Below are positions 40,770-43,171 of a stretch of DNA of 43,171 nt, piece after piece. How positions within the stretch are numbered: the first letter of the stretch is position 1; each line of letters opens with the position of its first letter. A program made the position numbers and the translations under genes. Source of the stretch: a virus (taxonomy: Duplodnaviria > Heunggongvirae > Uroviricota > Caudoviricetes); the IMG/VR virus record IMGVR_UViG_2939121850_000002, positions 1-43,171 of that record; one strand, given 5' to 3'. Under the pieces are notes generated by a model. It did not search any database, was not told the DNA's origin, and was given only the letters and a program-made list of their open reading frames with translations.

Positions 40770-41963
40770 TTAATCAACCTTCCCATCAAGCCAGTCCGCC
40801 CACCACTGCATCATTTCTCTGCGCTTATCGAGATACTGAGCATGGTTGTAAATTCCACGCACAGAACCGCCGTTGGCATGTGCTAGTTGCACTTCAATGG
40901 CGTCGGCAGGCCATTCGTGCTCGTTCATAATCGTGCTGAATTCATGCCTGAATCCGTGACCGCTTTCCAGACCTTCATAGCCGATTTGTTTGATCACAAG
41001 CAGTACCGCGTTCTCGCAGATTGGCTTCTTCTTATCGTTGCGCCCGGCAAAAACAAACTCTGAGACTGGTTTGGTTATTGAGCTTAGCGTAGTGAGAAGT
41101 TCAACCACCTGGTCTGACATCGGGACCACATGAATTTTGCGTCCCTTCATCACACTGGCGTCGATGGTGATAATCCTGTTTTCAAAATCGACGTTCTTCC
41201 ATAGCATGGAACGAAGCTCTTTCGTTCTTAGGGCTGTGTAGCGTAAAACTTTGGTCGCAATGAGCGATACGATACTTCCTGAAAATGTTGCCAGTGCTTT
41301 GTTGAATGCAGGGATCTGGTCTGCTGGAAGAAACGGGAAGTTCTTCTTGCGGTATCCTTTCATGGCGTCTGCAAGGTCAGGTGCCGGGTTATATTTAGCC
41401 CTTCCGGTGACAATAGCGTAACGAAAAACCTCGCCGCATCTTCTGCGGGCTTTGTTGGCTCGCTCCATTGCACCGCGATCTTCAAATCTGCGGATTACTT
41501 CCAGCAGTTGCATCGGCTCAATATCCTGAATCTCAAGACCGCCGATGATGGGTAAAATGTCGTCATCAAACATTTTGGCAAGTTCAGTTGCATAGCCTAC
41601 TGACCAGACTTGCTTCTTGTGCTCGTACCATTCCTTGTAAATCGCACTAAATGAATTGTTGTTAGACGAAGCCTTTTTCGCCTTTACCGGATCTATGCCA
41701 ACCGAGATGTCTTTCCTCGCAGTCCATGCCTTATCCCTTGCTTCCTGCAAAGTCATAAGCGGATATTTTCCGACAGTCAGGATTTTCTCCTTACCGTCAA
41801 TCTTGTAGCGAAGCTGCCATACCTTTTTCCCTGATACAGGGACATAAAGGTACAGGCCATTACCATCGAGAAGGCGGTATGGTTTTTCTTTCGGCTTTGC
41901 TGCTTCAATCTGCTTAACGGTGAGCATGGGTAAAAATCCGGTGGGTAAAATTATTTTATCCAC
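40770..41963 (-). CDS. intS: P4-type tyrosine integrase (IntS-like)
   Basis: N-terminus (LTVKQIEAAKPKEKPYRLLDGNGLYLYVPVSGKKVWQLRY) is typical of P4-family integrases; transcribed away from argW. Internal Met at 41927 may be the true start. Confidence 0.85.
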   Translation of the reverse strand: MDKIILPTGFLPMLTVKQIEAAKPKEKPYRLLDGNGLYLYVPVSGKKVWQLRYKIDGKEKILTVGKYPLMTLQEARDKAWTARKDISVGIDPVKAKKASSNNNSFSAIYKEWYEHKKQVWSVGYATELAKMFDDDILPIIGGLEIQDIEPMQLLEVIRRFEDRGAMERANKARRRCGEVFRYAIVTGRAKYNPAPDLADAMKGYRKKNFPFLPADQIPAFNKALATFSGSIVSLIATKVLRYTALRTKELRSMLWKNVDFENRIITIDASVMKGRKIHVVPMSDQVVELLTTLSSITKPVSEFVFAGRNDKKKPICENAVLLVIKQIGYEGLESGHGFRHEFSTIMNEHEWPADAIEVQLAHANGGSVRGIYNHAQYLDKRREMMQWWADWLDGKVD

Positions 41964-42088
41964 TTTTTACCCGTCATGGAGTGCGGCTGTCAACGATCTG
42001 ACGCGAACCATTACGAACTGTTAATCTACGGAAGGCTTGATATTCAGGGGATTTTGCGGACTGGTACGGATGGGAGCGAACTGATAAA

Positions 42089-42103
42089 TGGCGTCCCCTG
42101 CAG
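42089..42103. repeat. Prophage attachment core, right copy, forming the 3' end of argW
   Basis: tggcgtcccctgcag; partner of 1312-1326. Confidence 0.6.
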
Positions 42104-42163
42104 GAATCGAACCTGCAATTAGCCCTTAGGAGGGGCTCGTTATATCCATTTAACTAAGAGGAC
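42089..42163 (-). tRNA. argW: tRNA-Arg (anticodon CCU)
   Basis: 75-nt cloverleaf on the minus strand: acceptor GTCCTCT/AGGGGAC, anticodon loop CTCCTAA, T-arm GCAGG-TTCGATT-CCTGC, encoded CCA end. Confidence 0.9.
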
Positions 42164-42238
42164 AATGCGGCATGAGTATACCCGCTAATGGAGTGCGGGG
42201 TAAGTACGCTGCCGCTCGATTGCTTAAACCCTCGCCAT

Positions 42239-43171
42239 TTATGCCGGGTTTTTATCATTTTTCTTAATGTTTTCCGCACGTTCTGCTTTTTGGCGTGCTT
42301 CTGCTTTACGCTTGTTGCTCATGTCGTTACGAATCTGTGCATGACTCATTAACGCGAAGATAAAGGTGCCGCCGCAGATGTTCCCCGCTAAAGTAGGTAG
42401 TGCGAAGGGCCAGATGAAATCGCTCCAGTGCAGCGTACCGTTAAACACCAGATAGAGGATTTCAACAGAACCGACCACGATATGGGTGGTGTCACCCAGG
42501 GCAATAAGCCAGGTCATCAATATAATCACCACAATCTTTGCCGCACCTGCTGCAGGAAACATCCATACCATAGTGGCGATCAGCCAGCCGGAAATGATCG
42601 CGTTGGCAAACATCTCGCTGGGGGTGTTCTTCATCACATCCATGCCGATTTTGACAAATGCATCGCGAGTTTCTTCATTGAAGATAGGCATATATTCAAA
42701 TGCCCATGCAGCAATACCTGTCCCGAGAATATTACCCAGCAGCACGACGCCCCATAATCGCATAAGTAAGCCGACGTTGCTCATTGTCGGTTTTTGCATG
42801 ACGGGTAGTACCGCAGTCACGGTGTTTTCGGTAAATAATTGCTGGCGGGCCATAATGACGATAATAAAACCAAAGGTATAACCGAGATTCTCCAGTAAGA
42901 AGCTGCCCGGCACACCTTCCAGTTCGACATGAAATATCCCTTTTGCCAGTAACGAAGCGCCCATCGACAGACCCGCCGCAATGGCTGACCACAGTAGCGC
43001 CATTGCGTCGCGTTCCAGCTCTTTTTCACCATCCTGGCGGATATGCTCATGAATTGCCATCGCCCGGGAGGGGAGTCGGTCTTCATCTATTTCTATTTTT
43101 TTGCCGCGCTCTTTTTCTTCGCTCTCAACTTCAATTTCGTCGCTGTGTTGATCAATTTTGTCGTTGTCCAT
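42239..43171 (-). CDS. yfdC: Formate/nitrite-transporter-family inner membrane protein (YfdC-like)
   Basis: 310-aa polytopic membrane protein; position next to argW as in E. coli K-12. Start codon sits at the window edge. Confidence 0.6.
   Translation of the reverse strand: MDNDKIDQHSDEIEVESEEKERGKKIEIDEDRLPSRAMAIHEHIRQDGEKELERDAMALLWSAIAAGLSMGASLLAKGIFHVELEGVPGSFLLENLGYTFGFIIVIMARQQLFTENTVTAVLPVMQKPTMSNVGLLMRLWGVVLLGNILGTGIAAWAFEYMPIFNEETRDAFVKIGMDVMKNTPSEMFANAIISGWLIATMVWMFPAAGAAKIVVIILMTWLIALGDTTHIVVGSVEILYLVFNGTLHWSDFIWPFALPTLAGNICGGTFIFALMSHAQIRNDMSNKRKAEARQKAERAENIKKNDKNPA

Noticed and set aside
1-43171. CRISPR arrays or insertion sequences
   Set aside because: No regularly spaced direct repeats and no transposase-like ORFs anywhere in the window.

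Overview
Nearly the whole window (about 1312-42103) is one ~40.8 kb mosaic lambdoid prophage of the P22-like podovirus type, integrated into the 3' end of tRNA-Arg(CCU) (argW). It is bounded by an imperfect 15-bp direct repeat (tggYgtcccctgcag) and flanked by a LacY-family permease gene (cscB-like, left, truncated by the window edge) and argW plus a yfdC-like gene (right). All protein calls rest on my reading of the supplied translations and recalled family motifs; no search was run. Left to right: torI-like excisionase; a minus-strand early-left operon (DUF551, Ea22-like, Lar-like, hypotheticals, SSB, HNH endonuclease, Rad52-like annealing protein, kil-position ORF, cIII, N); the immunity region (OL, cI with a coupled membrane protein, OR, cro, cII); replication (O with internal iterons, primase-helicase fusion); a lambda-like nin region (ninB, dam, ninE, ninF, ninG, ninH, ninI) and Q; a lambda-type lysis cassette (S, R, Rz/Rz1); a Rha-family moron; P22-type packaging, head and ejection genes (3, 2, 1, 8, 5, 4, 10, 26, 14, 7, 20, 16) interrupted by an HNH-AP2 endonuclease; an AT-rich accessory island; immI (mnt, arc, ant); tailspike; and a P4-type integrase next to argW. 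The best candidates for an undescribed system are the ClpP-fold serine peptidase translationally coupled to mnt and the adjacent island of small membrane, HExxH and coiled-coil ORFs at the sieA position (34964-36864). Other points worth a second look: the membrane protein coupled to cI, an SSB whose conserved DDDIPF tip is buried by a 15-residue extension, and a split argW-derived duplicate flanking torI.
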